Shown: in pieces, positions 27,028 through 35,262 of the stretch
How positions within the stretch are numbered: position 1 is the stretch's first letter
Layout of the letters: each line of letters begins with the position of its first letter
NCBI GenBank assembly: GCA_043821115.1
Contig: JBDRDD010000032.1
Coordinates: 16,836 to 80,835, forward strand
Reading direction: 5' to 3'
DNA from: a bacterium
GTDB taxonomy: Bacteria > CAYTYR01 > UBA6262 > DAOVJB01
DNA: 64,000 nucleotides
Made by a program: the position numbers and the translations under genes
Notes under the pieces: model-generated
The model's input: only the letters and a program-made list of their open reading frames with translations
Database searches by the model: none
What the model was told of the DNA's origin: nothing

Positions 27028-28326
27028 GTGATGGACTTATTTGATAAGTGCAGTAAATTTACTGCTGCCAGGGAGATAATGGCTGCCGGTCTTTATCCAT
27101 ATTTTAACATCGTCAATTCAGCACAGGACCCGGAGGTAATCGTAGGGGGCAAGAGGATGATAATGGTAGGCTCCAATGATTACCTTGGCCTGACCACTCA
27201 TCCTAAGTTGATAAAAGCCGCAGCAAGGGCGCTAAAGCGCTACGGGACAGGATGTACGGGATCACGTTTCTTAAACGGCACATTTGACATTCATGAGGAA
27301 CTCGAGAGCAAACTTGCCAGGTTTGAACAAAAAGGCGCGGCGCTCTTTTTCACAACAGGTGTTCTTGCAAACCTTGGAACTATATCAGCGCTTGTAGGGA
27401 AGGATGATATTGTTATAACAGACAAAGCGGATCACGCCAGCATCATCGATGCCTGTCATCTTTGCTTTGGCGAGACCAAGAGGTTCAGGCACAACAATAT
27501 GGAAGATCTGGGACGTGTACTCGCATCATGTGACAAATCAAAAGGCAAACTGATCGTGGTTGACGGTGTGTTTAGCACAGAAGGTGATATAATAGATCTT
27601 CCAAACGTCGTAAAACTTGCCAAACAGTACAATGCCCGTATAATGGTGGATGATGCTCATTCTGTAGGAGTTCTGGGTGAGGAGGGCAAAGGTACCGCTG
27701 AGCATTACGGGCTGCAGGATGAAGTGGATATAATAATGGGAACATGCAGCAAATCTCTTGCTTCGATTGGGGGTTTTATAACAGCAACCGAAGAAGTGGT
27801 TCATTACCTCAGACACAATTCCAGGGCACTTATTTTCAGCGCGAGTCCGCCTCCGGCGTCGGTTGCAGTAGTATCTGCCGCCCTAGATGTTATAATTGAA
27901 GAACCCCAGAGACGTAAAAGACTTTGGGAGAATACAAGGAAGATGCAGCATGGATTCAAAGAGATGGGATACGATACAGGAGATACACAGACTCCTATAA
28001 TACCCGTTATCATAGGTGATAATTTCAAATGTTTCCAGATGAGGAAAATATTGCTTGAGAAGGGTGTTTTTACAAACCCTTTCGTGAGTCCCGCGGTGCC
28101 TGAAGGAAGGGCGTTGATCAGGACAAGTTATATGGCAACACACACCGAGGAACAGCTTGACCGAGTGCTTGAGGTTTTTGAAAGTGTCGGTAAACAACTA
28201 GGGATAATTCCTGGGGGCAAAATTCGCAGAGCAGCGAAGAAGATCCCCCTGAGAAAACGGATAACGAACCAGATGAAGAACGGGGTCAACACATGGATGC
28301 AAAGGATATACAAGTTCAAGCGGTAG
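27028..28326 (+). CDS. PLP-dependent alpha-oxoamine synthase, serine palmitoyltransferase-like
   Basis: ...VGSNDYLGL..., GSRFLNGT, DDAHSVG, PLP-lysine motif GTCSKSLASIGG; ~45-aa basic C-terminal tail. Start is GTG 27028 or ATG 27031. Confidence 0.85.
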   Translation: MMDLFDKCSKFTAAREIMAAGLYPYFNIVNSAQDPEVIVGGKRMIMVGSNDYLGLTTHPKLIKAAARALKRYGTGCTGSRFLNGTFDIHEELESKLARFEQKGAALFFTTGVLANLGTISALVGKDDIVITDKADHASIIDACHLCFGETKRFRHNNMEDLGRVLASCDKSKGKLIVVDGVFSTEGDIIDLPNVVKLAKQYNARIMVDDAHSVGVLGEEGKGTAEHYGLQDEVDIIMGTCSKSLASIGGFITATEEVVHYLRHNSRALIFSASPPPASVAVVSAALDVIIEEPQRRKRLWENTRKMQHGFKEMGYDTGDTQTPIIPVIIGDNFKCFQMRKILLEKGVFTNPFVSPAVPEGRALIRTSYMATHTEEQLDRVLEVFESVGKQLGIIPGGKIRRAAKKIPLRKRITNQMKNGVNTWMQRIYKFKR

Positions 28327-29417
28327 AAACACGAAGGGATCTTTTGGATTTTATAAAATTTGCGCAGCATGTGTATAAAGATGATCCGCACTGGGTTGCG
28401 CCTCTTGTGGCGGAGAGAAAGGCACTTCTTGGTAGCGGGAATCCTTTCTGGAAGCACAGTGACAGAATACTTTTTCTTGCAAAACGAGGCAAAAGGATAG
28501 TTGGCCGCATCGAAGCCGCAGTTGACCGCAATTATATCGAATTTCAGCGGGAGACTTGCGGTTTTTTTGGTTTTTTCGAGTGTTTTCCTGATTACAGGAT
28601 TGCCCAGAGGCTGCTTGACACAGTACACGGATGGCTTAAAGCAAAAGGTGTGAGTGTTATGAGAGGGCCTTTCAATCCGTCAACAAACGATGAATGCGGC
28701 TTTCTATTGGAAGGGTTTGATTCAGACCCATATGTGATGATGACATATACTAAGAAGTATTATCTTGATTATATGGAGCGTTACGGGCTGAAAAAAGCGA
28801 AGGATCTTTTTGCATATACGATGCCAGTTAATCCTGAGCCACCCGAAAAACTCATACGCGGGACAGAAATAGCGAAAAAGAAGAACCCGGATGTTGTTAT
28901 ACGTCATATCAACATGAAGGAGTACGCGAGCGAAGTAAAAAAAGTCCATACGGTATACAATGCGAGTTGGACGAAGAACTGGGGCTTTGTTCCCTGGACT
29001 GGAGATGAATTCAATTACCTTGCTAAGCAGTTAAAACCCCTTGCCGAACCGGAGCTCGTCTGGTTCGCGGAGGTGGACGAGAAACCCATAGGTTTTCTCA
29101 TGGCGCTCCCGGACTATAACCAGGTGTTAAAAAAATTAGCCGGGCGCATGGGGCCTATTGAGATAATTAAATTTCTCCTAAACAGAAAAAAGATAAGAAA
29201 TCTGCGCCTTATGGCAATGGGGGTTTTACCGCAATACAGGAGGAGGGGGATAGATGCTCTTCTTTACTTAGAATCTTTGAGGGTGGCCTACAGGAAGGGT
29301 TACAAGTACTGCGAGGTGTCGTGGATTTTAGAGGAGAATGTACTTACGCAGAGAGCCACGGAGATGATGGGGGGCAAATTATATAAGAAATACAGAATAT
29401 ATGAAATAGATATATAG
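28293..29417 (+). CDS. Two-lobed GNAT-fold acyltransferase; candidate bacterial ceramide synthase (bCerS-like)
   Basis: 374 aa. C-terminal GNAT motif A ...GVLPQYRRRGIDALL...; N-terminal ...GFFGFFEC... and ...MRGPFNPSTNDECGFLLEGFD...; 34-nt overlap with the Spt-like gene. Confidence 0.6.
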   Translation: MDAKDIQVQAVETRRDLLDFIKFAQHVYKDDPHWVAPLVAERKALLGSGNPFWKHSDRILFLAKRGKRIVGRIEAAVDRNYIEFQRETCGFFGFFECFPDYRIAQRLLDTVHGWLKAKGVSVMRGPFNPSTNDECGFLLEGFDSDPYVMMTYTKKYYLDYMERYGLKKAKDLFAYTMPVNPEPPEKLIRGTEIAKKKNPDVVIRHINMKEYASEVKKVHTVYNASWTKNWGFVPWTGDEFNYLAKQLKPLAEPELVWFAEVDEKPIGFLMALPDYNQVLKKLAGRMGPIEIIKFLLNRKKIRNLRLMAMGVLPQYRRRGIDALLYLESLRVAYRKGYKYCEVSWILEENVLTQRATEMMGGKLYKKYRIYEIDI

Positions 29418-29435
29418 TATATATATAATATATAT

Positions 29436-30338
29436 TTAAGGAAGTAACATGTCTATTGCTTTGGGGCATATCTCAAATTCTGACGGCATTATCTCCAGCG
29501 AATCTCCGTCCACCTGTGCCCACAAGTTTCCCTCGTATTGTAGTTTTACAGCCTTAGTACGCAAATACTCAACATCGTCAAAACTAAGATGTTTACCTAT
29601 AATTATTCCCCAGATGTAGCGCAGAAGATCCCTTCTTCGAGGGCCCTTAAAAAGACATATATGAAGGAGTCCGTCATCAAGGTTGGCATGGGAGGTTATC
29701 CTGAATCTTCCGCCGTAAGATTTTATATTTCCTATAATAGCGAAATAGCCGCTTAGGGGTGGCTGTGTGTTGTCACACACTAATGAGAATTTCGTGGGGT
29801 TGTATTTTAGCAGGACAGGTATCCCCGTCAGGATATGTGCCAGTTTGCCTCCTACTATTTTCTTGAGTTTGGGCTTAAATGATTTTACTACCTGTGCGTC
29901 AAAGCCGATGCCGGCCATCGATATAAAATAGCGCGTGAAAGGGGTGCATATTTTTATAAGATCAGTCTTTTTTGTTTGATAAGATATAAGGGCTCTGCAG
30001 GCTTTTATCGGATCCATGGGAATGTCTGCCTCGAGTGCGAATACATTGCTTACCCCAAGGGGGATAATTCCCAGGACCGTTTTATTTGAAGGGTTTTTAT
30101 TCTTCGCGTGCATTATACCGTTTATACACGCATTCAAGGTTCCGTCCCCTCCGGCGGAAATGATAAGTTCACACCCGTCTGTTGCCAGTTCCGATACCTT
30201 GGATATAGTTTGCTCTATGGTGCCTGTAGGGGTAATTGTTACATGGTTTTTCTCCCGAAGTATGGACATAATCTCTAGAAGGCGGTTTTTGGCGTGGCCC
30301 TTTCCTGAGTCGAAGTTGGTTATGATATGGATATGCAC
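29436..30338 (-). CDS. DAGK-catalytic-domain lipid kinase (YegS/BmrU/LCB5-like)
   Basis: ...ISAGGDGTLN... motif. GTG start at 30338 lies 4 nt after GGAGG on the minus strand; the track ATG at 30371 has no SD. Only minus-strand gene in the window. Confidence 0.8.
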   Translation of the reverse strand: MHIHIITNFDSGKGHAKNRLLEIMSILREKNHVTITPTGTIEQTISKVSELATDGCELIISAGGDGTLNACINGIMHAKNKNPSNKTVLGIIPLGVSNVFALEADIPMDPIKACRALISYQTKKTDLIKICTPFTRYFISMAGIGFDAQVVKSFKPKLKKIVGGKLAHILTGIPVLLKYNPTKFSLVCDNTQPPLSGYFAIIGNIKSYGGRFRITSHANLDDGLLHICLFKGPRRRDLLRYIWGIIIGKHLSFDDVEYLRTKAVKLQYEGNLWAQVDGDSLEIMPSEFEICPKAIDMLLP

Positions 30339-30437
30339 TTTACCTCCTTTTATGATAATATAGTGTATCATAGGAGGAGGCTTTAGGCAAGCGGAAAATA
30401 AAATGCCTTAAACCGTAGAGTTTTCAATATTTTTTGC

Positions 30438-30466
30438 TTGACAAAATTCGTAGTATATGTTATTTA
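30438..30466 (+). promoter_or_regulatory. Candidate sigma70 promoter for pilMNOPQ
   Basis: Consensus TTGACA at 30438-30443, 17-nt spacer ending in TG-n, TATTTA at 30461-30466. Confidence 0.5.
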
Positions 30467-30529
30467 GAAAGTACAAAAGAGCACCCAATTTTATTGACCT
30501 TTATTCCAGAAAAAGGAGTAAATGAATAA

Positions 30530-31618
30530 ATGGGAATAATTCCAAAAATGAACAAGGAAATAGTAGGTTTAGATATAGGGACTCATTCTATTAAGATCAT
30601 CTGCCTTCGGGCAGATTCTTTGCTTAATATAGGGGTTGCCGAGATATCAAACGAGGCTATAAGTGGGCTTTCCGCTGAGGCAAGGGATAATCTGCTTATA
30701 AATACACTCAAAAGGGTTTTGTCGGGGAATAAGGTAACGGCCCAAAATAGCGTTAGCTCTGTAGCCGGTGACGGTGTAATCGTAAGATATATTACCCTGC
30801 CCAAGATGACGGAAAAAGAGCTTTCCGCCACTATTAAATTTGAAGCGGAACCGCATGTTTCTTTTGATATTGAACAGGTGATACTTGACTATCAGATAAT
30901 CGGCGAAAAACTGGAAGAGGACTTGAAAAAGATGGATGTTATTCTGGTTGCGGCCAAAAAGGATACGATAACCAGGCATCTCAGTTTTCTGGAATCTGCA
31001 GGGTTATCTCCCGTTGTTATTGATGTGGATGCCTTTGCCCTTGAAAATGCATATGAATTTAGCCATCCGGAAGATGCAGGCGGGTCAGTTGCTCTTGTCA
31101 ATATAGGGGCTACATTTACAAACGTAAATATTCTTGAAGATGGCATTTCCCGTTTTACCAGGGATATACTTATAGCAGGCAACAACTTTACCAAGGTGAT
31201 CCAAAGAGATATGCGTGTTGACTATCAGAAGGCCGAGGCAATGAAGAGGGAAAAGGCCACTGTCATGCTTGAAGAGGAAAGGGGATCCCTTAGTGTGGAT
31301 GATGAAGATGTTGCCCATGTGTCTGAGGCTATAAGGGGGCCCGTAAATGAGTTGCTTGCCGAACTCCAGCGTTCTTTCGATTACTATCAGGCTCAAACGC
31401 AGGAGCGCTCAATCAAAAAATGTATTCTAAGCGGCGGTAGCGCCAAGTTGAAAAACATAGATAAATTCCTTTCTCATGAATTAAAGGTTTCCGTGGAAAT
31501 AGACAATCCTTTAGCGAGATTAGAAATTGACCCGCAGGTCTATTCGCCTGAATATATTAAAAATGTTGCGCCTTTGTTTTCCGTAGCACTAGGACTAGCC
31601 GTAAGAAGGGGTAAATAA
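30530..31618 (+). CDS. pilM: Type IV pilus assembly protein PilM
   Basis: Actin-like ATPase fold ...VGLDIGTHSIKI..., ...ILSGGSAKL...; heads the pilMNOPQ order. Confidence 0.9.
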   Translation: MGIIPKMNKEIVGLDIGTHSIKIICLRADSLLNIGVAEISNEAISGLSAEARDNLLINTLKRVLSGNKVTAQNSVSSVAGDGVIVRYITLPKMTEKELSATIKFEAEPHVSFDIEQVILDYQIIGEKLEEDLKKMDVILVAAKKDTITRHLSFLESAGLSPVVIDVDAFALENAYEFSHPEDAGGSVALVNIGATFTNVNILEDGISRFTRDILIAGNNFTKVIQRDMRVDYQKAEAMKREKATVMLEEERGSLSVDDEDVAHVSEAIRGPVNELLAELQRSFDYYQAQTQERSIKKCILSGGSAKLKNIDKFLSHELKVSVEIDNPLARLEIDPQVYSPEYIKNVAPLFSVALGLAVRRGK

Positions 31619-31621
31619 AAA

Positions 31622-32173
31622 ATGATAAGAATTAACCTGTTACCTCCGGAAATAGCACAAGAAAAAGCAAAACGGCGTCAGGTTGAGATCGTAGTAGCTA
31701 GCGTTATACTGATAGTAATCCTATTAGTGGGAGCATATGTAGTGAAAACTGCTCAATTGATGGCTATTAAGAGCGAGCTAGGGGAAATTGAGTCAGAATT
31801 GGCAAAGCAGGCGGTCATAGTAAGCCAGGTAGAAGCTTTGAAAGCAAGCAAGGAAGTCTTGAATACAAGGGTGAGCATAATAGACCGGCTGGTAAAGGGC
31901 CAGTTCATCTGGGTGCAACTGCTTGATGAAATAAACTATTGTCTGCCAAAAAATGTATGGTTGGGTTCAATTACCAGCAGCCAAGCTGGTACTGTAGGAG
32001 CAGTTACTTTTTCTGGTATAGCATTTGATAATTTTGCCATAGCTGATTTTATAACTTCGCTAGAGGATTCAAAGTATTTCGGGGATGTAGAACTAACCTA
32101 TATACAGGAAGGTTCAGAGATTGACAAGGTAATGACACTGAATTTTGTGGTTGTTTGCAAGGTACAGATTTAA
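31622..32173 (+). CDS. pilN: Type IV pilus assembly protein PilN
   Basis: MIRINLLPPE N-terminus, single TM, ~180 aa. Confidence 0.85.
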   Translation: MIRINLLPPEIAQEKAKRRQVEIVVASVILIVILLVGAYVVKTAQLMAIKSELGEIESELAKQAVIVSQVEALKASKEVLNTRVSIIDRLVKGQFIWVQLLDEINYCLPKNVWLGSITSSQAGTVGAVTFSGIAFDNFAIADFITSLEDSKYFGDVELTYIQEGSEIDKVMTLNFVVVCKVQI

Positions 32174-32208
32174 TTAAATAGTGAAATTTTATTAAGGAGA
32201 CAGATAAA

Positions 32209-32772
32209 GTGCCTTTACTTGATAAAAATGATAAAAAGACAACGATCATTGCAAGCGGCATATTTGTTGTTACAATAATGATTGTGTTCTATTCGCTGGT
32301 TTATAAGCCCATATCATCAAAGATAGTCGAAACACGCGAGAACAAAAACGCTAAAAATGCGCAACTTCAGGAAGCACTGGCAATCGGCCAACAACTGGGG
32401 CAGCTTGAACGAGACATAAGAAACCTTGAGTATAAACTAAGGGAAAGTTCAAAGCGCCTGCCTCAGGAAAAAGAGATCCCGGATCTCCTGCGTCACATCA
32501 CGACTCTTGGGAACAAGACGAAGGTTGATTTTATTTATTTCAGGCCTCAAAATGTAAACCCAAAAGGATTCTATAACGAGGTTCCAATTCAGGTAAATGT
32601 GCGTGGTACGTATCATAATCTGGGGATGTTCATGGCTGAGGTTGGCAAGCTGGAGAGAATAGTCAATACTTCGGCGGTGCAGGTGCAGCCTCTTTCCGGG
32701 CAAAAAGGTGAGAGCATCACCTCGAGTTTTTTAATTACCACATTTACATTTGCAAAAGGCGGTGGATTCTAA
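32209..32772 (+). CDS. pilO: Type IV pilus assembly protein PilO
   Basis: N-terminal TM, coiled-coil, ~185 aa, position between pilN and pilP; GTG start after AAGGAG. Confidence 0.78.
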   Translation: MPLLDKNDKKTTIIASGIFVVTIMIVFYSLVYKPISSKIVETRENKNAKNAQLQEALAIGQQLGQLERDIRNLEYKLRESSKRLPQEKEIPDLLRHITTLGNKTKVDFIYFRPQNVNPKGFYNEVPIQVNVRGTYHNLGMFMAEVGKLERIVNTSAVQVQPLSGQKGESITSSFLITTFTFAKGGGF

Positions 32773-33294
32773 GTGAGACATAAAACCTTAGCGATCATAG
32801 TTATAATTTCGATATCTTCTTCGGTGCTGTTTGCATGTAAAGGCAAATCAGAGGGGCCGGTGAGCAAGTACGGGGGGCAGTCTAATTCAGCTCCTGTTGC
32901 TAGATCACCTGTTGCGGAGGATGTTATAAAGCCTAAGGAAGAGATGCCTAAGTATTCGTACAGAAGCGGCAGCAGAAGAGATCCTTTTGTCCCTCTTGTG
33001 GGAAGAAGTGATATTATCTCTATGGGTGCGAGTACTGATACTTCAAAGGCACAGGTAAATATGGGCATGTTGGCACTGAAGGGTTTGATATGGGATCAGG
33101 CTAAGCCCGTTGTTCTTTTTAAGGCTTCGGACGGAACTAGTTATGTAGTGTCGAAGCAGCGTCTGGTAGATGACAGAGGTCGTATTGTTGAAGGTATAGC
33201 AGCTGTAGTGAAAGAAGACAAAGTTATTTTGATAGGGAAAGATAATAATATTAAAGAGTTTAAATTTAGCAAACTCAGAGAGGAGAGTGAATAA
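32773..33294 (+). CDS. pilP: PilP-like pilus assembly lipoprotein
   Basis: Signal peptide with lipobox LFAC (Cys22); 173 aa; immediately upstream of the secretin. Confidence 0.65.
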   Translation: MRHKTLAIIVIISISSSVLFACKGKSEGPVSKYGGQSNSAPVARSPVAEDVIKPKEEMPKYSYRSGSRRDPFVPLVGRSDIISMGASTDTSKAQVNMGMLALKGLIWDQAKPVVLFKASDGTSYVVSKQRLVDDRGRIVEGIAAVVKEDKVILIGKDNNIKEFKFSKLREESE

Positions 33295-33298
33295 TTAA

Positions 33299-35149
33299 AT
33301 GAGAAAGCATAAACTTATTATAACAACTATCTTCAGTGTTTTGGCGGTTTTGCTTTGCTTTTCATTTGGATCCGTGATAACAGCCCAAGACGAAGTGCCG
33401 GATGCCCGCCTGACCAATGTAGCTGTTGAAGAAGTGGACTCTGAAAATGTGAAGGTGGTCATAAGCACTGATATGCCTGTTCATTATAAGTATTTTAAGC
33501 TCAATACTCCCCCAGTCGTAGCGGTGGACTTGATTCATACTATTCATGCATGGCCCCAGAAGAGTATTGACACGGGCGAGGGAATAGTATCCGGAGTCCG
33601 CTCAGCACAGAACAGGGTAGAGCCAAGGAAAATAACAAGGGTGGTTATAGAGTTGACAGAAAGTGAGTTGTCATATAAAGTCACTCAAGTAGACAATGAA
33701 ATTATTGTACTTATGGGACCATCTGCGGAAGGTATGGAAGAGGAAATTGTGGAGAAGGTCGAAAAGGCCGCATCAATAGAAAAGATAGTGCAGGAAGAGC
33801 CAATCGAACCACCAGTGCCTCCTGCAGTAGAGGTGGAGGAAGTTGCTGTTCCTGAACTTCCTGTGCATACTCCTTCGGTTCCAATACCTCCTGTTGTTGA
33901 AGTTATAGAGGAAGTTGTTCCTGTAGCGGAAGCACCACCACTGGTCGCTGTGCCGGCTTCGGCAGAGGAAACCGCTGTTGAACAGAGAGAGGATGGAGAG
34001 GAACTCCTAACATTGAATTTTAAGGATGCAGACATCAGGGATGTTCTAAGAGTGATGTCTCTTAAGAGTGGTATTAACATGGTTTACGGTGATGATGTCG
34101 TAGGTGCAGTAACGGTTCATCTTGATAGGGTTACATTTGACGACGCATTTGATATCATTCTGAGTCTCAGGGGACTTACATACGAGAAAGTTACAGACAA
34201 TGTGTACAGGATAGCTACGCCGAATACCATTGCAACTGAAAGAGCGGGTATGATCACATCTACGGAAGTATTCGTGCTTAATTATGCCGAGGGGAGTGAT
34301 ATAAGCGGTTCACTTGGTTCTGTCTTAAGTTCGCAGGGAAAAATACAGGTAGACATAAGAACGAATAGTCTGATTGTGACAGATACTCCCGCCAATTTGA
34401 AAAAAGTGGCAAATATGATAGAGGTTCTTGATGTGGAAACGCCGCAGGTGATGATAGAGGCTCAGATAGTTGAAATAGGAACGACTGATCTGCAGTACCT
34501 GGGTATAAACTGGAATGCTACGAGACAAGTTCCTTATCAGGATACTACCTCTGATGTAACGCTGACTATGCTGCCTGCCGGACCTACATTTACCCCGGGT
34601 GCTGGAGGAACTTTAACGGTTTCAACAATAATGAGCAGTGCACAGCTTAACGCCACCTTGAATGCTCTAGCAACAAAGGGTAAAAGTAAGATCTTGTCTA
34701 ATCCGAAGATTTCCACAGTTAATAACAAGGAAGCAAAGATATTGGTCGGGGATAAGGTTCCTTATACACTAACTACTACTACAACGACAGGAACAACTTC
34801 TTCTACAGCATATATAGATGTGGGTATAAAGCTTCTTGTAACTCCTAACATCAACGCCAATAATATGATAACCCTTAAGGTTCATCCTGAAGTCAGTTTT
34901 GTCAAGGAGTGGAGAGCGGAAGGGCCTGTTATATCAACTCGTGAAGCTGACACGGAGGTATTGATAAAGAGCGGGGAAACAGTTGTCATAGGAGGATTAA
35001 TCAAGGAAGAGGATAAACAGGATGCGTCGAAGGTTCCTTTTCTGGGTGAAATTCCGATTCTGGGTTATCTGTTCAGTCAGAAGTTAAGTGACAAACAAAA
35101 AACGGAGTTGCTGGTCTTCATTACTCCGAGAGTACTGGGTGAAGAGTGA
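33299..35149 (+). CDS. pilQ: Type IV pilus secretin PilQ
   Basis: Signal peptide, AMIN-like N-domain, P/V/E-rich linker, secretin C-domain ...ETVVIGGLI...VPFLGEIPILGYLF... Confidence 0.92.
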   Translation: MRKHKLIITTIFSVLAVLLCFSFGSVITAQDEVPDARLTNVAVEEVDSENVKVVISTDMPVHYKYFKLNTPPVVAVDLIHTIHAWPQKSIDTGEGIVSGVRSAQNRVEPRKITRVVIELTESELSYKVTQVDNEIIVLMGPSAEGMEEEIVEKVEKAASIEKIVQEEPIEPPVPPAVEVEEVAVPELPVHTPSVPIPPVVEVIEEVVPVAEAPPLVAVPASAEETAVEQREDGEELLTLNFKDADIRDVLRVMSLKSGINMVYGDDVVGAVTVHLDRVTFDDAFDIILSLRGLTYEKVTDNVYRIATPNTIATERAGMITSTEVFVLNYAEGSDISGSLGSVLSSQGKIQVDIRTNSLIVTDTPANLKKVANMIEVLDVETPQVMIEAQIVEIGTTDLQYLGINWNATRQVPYQDTTSDVTLTMLPAGPTFTPGAGGTLTVSTIMSSAQLNATLNALATKGKSKILSNPKISTVNNKEAKILVGDKVPYTLTTTTTTGTTSSTAYIDVGIKLLVTPNINANNMITLKVHPEVSFVKEWRAEGPVISTREADTEVLIKSGETVVIGGLIKEEDKQDASKVPFLGEIPILGYLFSQKLSDKQKTELLVFITPRVLGEE

Positions 35150-35191
35150 GAAAGCTATTATAACTGTCAGAAGTTTGTTGAAAACGATAAT

Positions 35192-35230
35192 ACCCCGTTC
35201 GGCTAATGTGCTGTAACGGGGTGTTTTCTT
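35192..35230 (+). terminator. Intrinsic terminator after pilQ
   Basis: 8-bp stem ACCCCGTT (35192-35199) / AACGGGGT (35215-35222), 15-nt loop, then GTTTTCTT. Confidence 0.55.
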
Positions 35231-35262
35231 AAATTACATAATCATTCCGGAGTACCAGACGT

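Noticed and set aside
28128-28628. 166-aa minus-strand ORF spanning the Spt-like/GNAT junction
   Set aside because: Antisense to two genes with clear family motifs; no independent signals. It does not explain the 34-nt overlap.
30016-30363. 115-aa plus-strand ORF
   Set aside because: Antisense to the lipid kinase, whose GGDGTLN motif and SD-linked GTG start support the minus strand.
33685-34080. 131-aa S/T/G-rich minus-strand ORF
   Set aside because: Antisense to the P/V/E-rich linker of PilQ; low-complexity shadow ORF.
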